Of a stretch of 64,000 bases of DNA, positions 61,260-64,000 are shown piece by piece. Numbering within the stretch: position 1 is the first letter of the stretch; every line of letters begins with the position of its first letter. The notes beneath the pieces are model-generated. The model was not told the DNA's origin. It ran no database searches and saw only the letters and a program-made list of their open reading frames with translations. Made by a program: the position numbers and the translations under genes. The stretch is from Barthelona sp. PCE (taxonomy: Eukaryota), in assembly GCA_040285745.1 (NCBI GenBank), contig JAUFOR010000004.1, positions 868,001 through 932,000 of the forward strand, written 5' to 3'.

Positions 61260-61725
61260 TTTTTTTGTTTGGCAGTGAGTGAATTGTATAGATCATGTTA
61301 TTCATCCTCTTAAGCAGGGATTTAAGTCGATTGTAAATTTGGAAAAATTCATTATTGGATTCACTTACGCTTTTACTTTAACAATGTTTACAGTTGGGAT
61401 CCGTCTCCTCATGCCATTGACCCATTGACCCCACGAAAGTAAACTTGGTATTCTTGAATTCCTATTATTTAGTTAATATTCCCTTTCATGAAACCACTAG
61501 TTGATTATGATGATAGTGATAGCTGTTCCAGTGAAGAGGAACATAATATTGATGCTTCAAATGTGTTGGAGAAAGAAACTAGCATAAAATGGGCACCGTG
61601 GCTTTTTTGAGTATATTTGGTGTAATTTGTTGATAATGAATGTGCAAAAATATTCCGGTTATAGTTAAAATATTGGAATTCGAGATGGTTTACTAATACA
61701 GAGTACTGTTAAAAGAATAGTACTG

Positions 61726-64000
61726 TTAAATGAAGAAATGCAGACCCACAAGAACAGCGGTGACAAAGGCTGCGAACCCGAACACGACGATATGTGTGCC
61801 GCAAACGAGCGATAGGAGTAAAACTGATGCTGTTATAATAACTGGCGTGAAGTCCACCTGGTGCTTCGCTCTGCGAAGCATCAGATATGTGTGGGTGGAC
61901 GTAGCAGCCAGCGCTGCATACGCGAAGAGCGAAGGAGACAGCAGCGAGAGTGAAAGAGACGTGCTCATCAGACTCGGTGTGCGGGCAGCAAGTGCAACTG
62001 CCATATGACACACGAGGAACGTTGACATCGAGCGCATGCGCGATGGAGCAAAGTAAAGCAATACATAGGCGATTACCAGTCCCGCGACGGGAATAATGAT
62101 GGGAGTCTTGAGCGTGAGAATGTTGATGGCGTAGAAGCGCAACCCAAAGAACGGAAGCGTGAGCGCGGCTGCGCCAACAGCGGCGATTGTGGCAGTGTCA
62201 AACGCAAACGCGAGGACTGCCAACAACAGTGTTGCCAGAATGTGGTGGAACAGCGGTGTCCATTTGGTGCCTGTGCACTCCAGATCGTAACCGATACTCT
62301 CGCCATTGGGGCACATGGAGCACATGAATCCGCGTGCAGAGACACACGTTGCGCCATCACACTCTAGAGATGGACAGGTGAGCGCGACAGTCGCCTGCGG
62401 TTCCAAAAAGTGGTTCGGCATGGCAGACGAAATGGTGTTGTTTGCACAGCTCACCGTCTCGTGACACTGCACGCACGTGCTCTCGACCAGTCGGTAGTTG
62501 TCTGCGCACTGACACTGCAGCGGCGATACCGCAGCGATCGGCGAGATCATTGTTGAGGGACAGGATGCACATGGCACATCTCCCTCCGCTGTTTTGAATT
62601 CACCCACCGGGCACGCGGAGCACACATCGTCGCGGCGCGTGTAGCCGGGGCTGCACACACACGCGTCGCCAACGAACATGCTGTGTGCGGGACACTCCAT
62701 GTCGCTGATTGTGAGCTCAAACGTGGCTTTGGTCGAGTTAGCCGTTATAGCAACGGTGACATTCGAACCCAGCGGTATATTGAGGATCGGTGTCGTAACG
62801 ATTGCGATGCCCATGTGTGCTTCCCACGAGTCTTCGTGCAACAAAACGCCATCGGTGCTCACTGCGACGTCGCCAACATCCGCAACGGGCTGGTCAGTGT
62901 AGTCGGTCAGGTGCGCTTCGATCTCGAGTGGTTGCCCGATGCCGCTGCGAACGACGAAAAACTGCGCCGCGTACGGAACTGGCATGAGCTCCAGTTCGGT
63001 GATTGCTGTGAAGCGGCCGCTGGAAACCGTGACGTTGTTTGAGCGTGCTGGCTCTGCAAGTATCAGAGTGCTATCCTCGAAAGAGCACCCCGCATCGCAT
63101 TCCACCGCGACTGCCGAGGAGGCAGCGCCTCCATAGGCATCGGTGCACTCGACGTTGAACGGAACGCTGGTGTTGGGAACGAGCTGCGAGTTGACAGTGA
63201 GAACAGCGCACGACTCGGCCTGACCTGCGAGAATGAGGATGCAGAACTTGGTTGACGCGCCTGAGTACGCGACTGTTACGCACTGCAGGCCGTGTTTTTT
63301 AGGCACACTCAGCAGAAGCTGCTGGTTCGCGACGGGAACGAACGAGCCGTCCACGAGCACGCCCTGATCAACAGCGAGCTGGCGCCCGAGGATGTTCAGC
63401 GGCGCAACCGCGAGCGGCACAGAAGATGCGTCTATGGAAGCAGACATCGGGCCGACAACCCTGAGATCAACGACCTGGTCGACGTAGTGCCCGAAGAGCT
63501 CCACTTCGGTGACGGCACTGCACCCAACGAGCTCGATGTCGAACGAAGACGCGCGTACATGGTCGAAGAACATGATACACAACTCGTGATACATAATACC
63601 GCTCGAGAACTGCTCACAAACAATGTCTGCCGGCTCGAACACCCATGTTTCGTTTGCAGTTCGCGCAACCATCGAGACATCGCACGGCTCGTACAGCACA
63701 ACACTGATTGCAGTAACGAACGCCTCACGGTCGATGTCGACCACTTCACGGCGGAGCTCGGACCAGCCCACATCGCAGCGCTGACCATCAGTGAGACGGG
63801 CGTCGTCGAGAGCGACGTTGAGCGCCACTACATGCGGGATGTTCATTACGAGCTCGAAGAGTCTGCTCGTCTCGGGTATGTTCGCGGTGTCGCAAAGCTC
63901 AGAGCGTGGCAACTCCACCTGCAGTTCCAGACCGTTGCTGAACAGGCGCCCGCCCGTTGTGCTCAGGTCCATCGTGTACATTCCTGGGTCGATGAACGGG
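61726..64000 (-). CDS. GC-rich cell-surface protein (Ig-like region, Cys-rich GCC2/ephrin-receptor-like repeat, multi-TM C-terminus); 5' end lies outside the window
   Basis: CVCSPGY...CSACPVGEFKTAEGDVPCASCP...CQC, GFMCSMC and several TM helices. The frame stays open to position 64000. Confidence 0.8.
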   Translation of the reverse strand, partial: PFIDPGMYTMDLSTTGGRLFSNGLELQVELPRSELCDTANIPETSRLFELVMNIPHVVALNVALDDARLTDGQRCDVGWSELRREVVDIDREAFVTAISVVLYEPCDVSMVARTANETWVFEPADIVCEQFSSGIMYHELCIMFFDHVRASSFDIELVGCSAVTEVELFGHYVDQVVDLRVVGPMSASIDASSVPLAVAPLNILGRQLAVDQGVLVDGSFVPVANQQLLLSVPKKHGLQCVTVAYSGASTKFCILILAGQAESCAVLTVNSQLVPNTSVPFNVECTDAYGGAASSAVAVECDAGCSFEDSTLILAEPARSNNVTVSSGRFTAITELELMPVPYAAQFFVVRSGIGQPLEIEAHLTDYTDQPVADVGDVAVSTDGVLLHEDSWEAHMGIAIVTTPILNIPLGSNVTVAITANSTKATFELTISDMECPAHSMFVGDACVCSPGYTRRDDVCSACPVGEFKTAEGDVPCASCPSTMISPIAAVSPLQCQCADNYRLVESTCVQCHETVSCANNTISSAMPNHFLEPQATVALTCPSLECDGATCVSARGFMCSMCPNGESIGYDLECTGTKWTPLFHHILATLLLAVLAFAFDTATIAAVGAAALTLPFFGLRFYAINILTLKTPIIIPVAGLVIAYVLLYFAPSRMRSMSTFLVCHMAVALAARTPSLMSTSLSLSLLSPSLFAYAALAATSTHTYLMLRRAKHQVDFTPVIITASVLLLSLVCGTHIVVFGFAAFVTAVLVGLHFFI

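Noticed and set aside
1-64000. Stop-codon reassignment, CRISPR arrays, rRNA genes
   Set aside because: Conserved genes end correctly at TAA, TAG and TGA; no repeat-spacer arrays or rRNA sequence seen.

Overview
Gene-dense, almost intron-free eukaryotic DNA in the standard genetic code. It most likely comes from a flagellated metamonad-type protist; this is inferred from highly divergent housekeeping proteins, a CFAP92-like gene, WGTRAA-type 3' signals and a single intron. About 1-43 kb is a tightly packed housekeeping block: DUF296, RluA-type pseudouridine synthase, Sen34, QTRT2, Sec12, CFAP92-like, Prp40-like, calcineurin-A-like pseudophosphatase, TSC2-like GAP, RPS15, kinesin, Nop9, Orc2, RPL9, NAA20, PIG-V, RRP45 and RPL7A. 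About 43-64 kb is looser and more accessory: an apparently exact 2099-bp tandem duplication of a VWA gene, three tRNAs (Asn, Val, His), candidate structured RNAs, a divergent UBR-type E3, a degenerate XRN, lineage-specific genes and a GC-rich surface protein cut by the window edge. The top finding is the only intron detected (RPL7A, 42793-42907). It can fold into a canonical kink-turn that pairs the 5' splice site with the branch-point region, suggesting that eL8 (an L7Ae-family protein) controls splicing of its own transcript. All family calls rest on motif recognition by eye, not on database searches.
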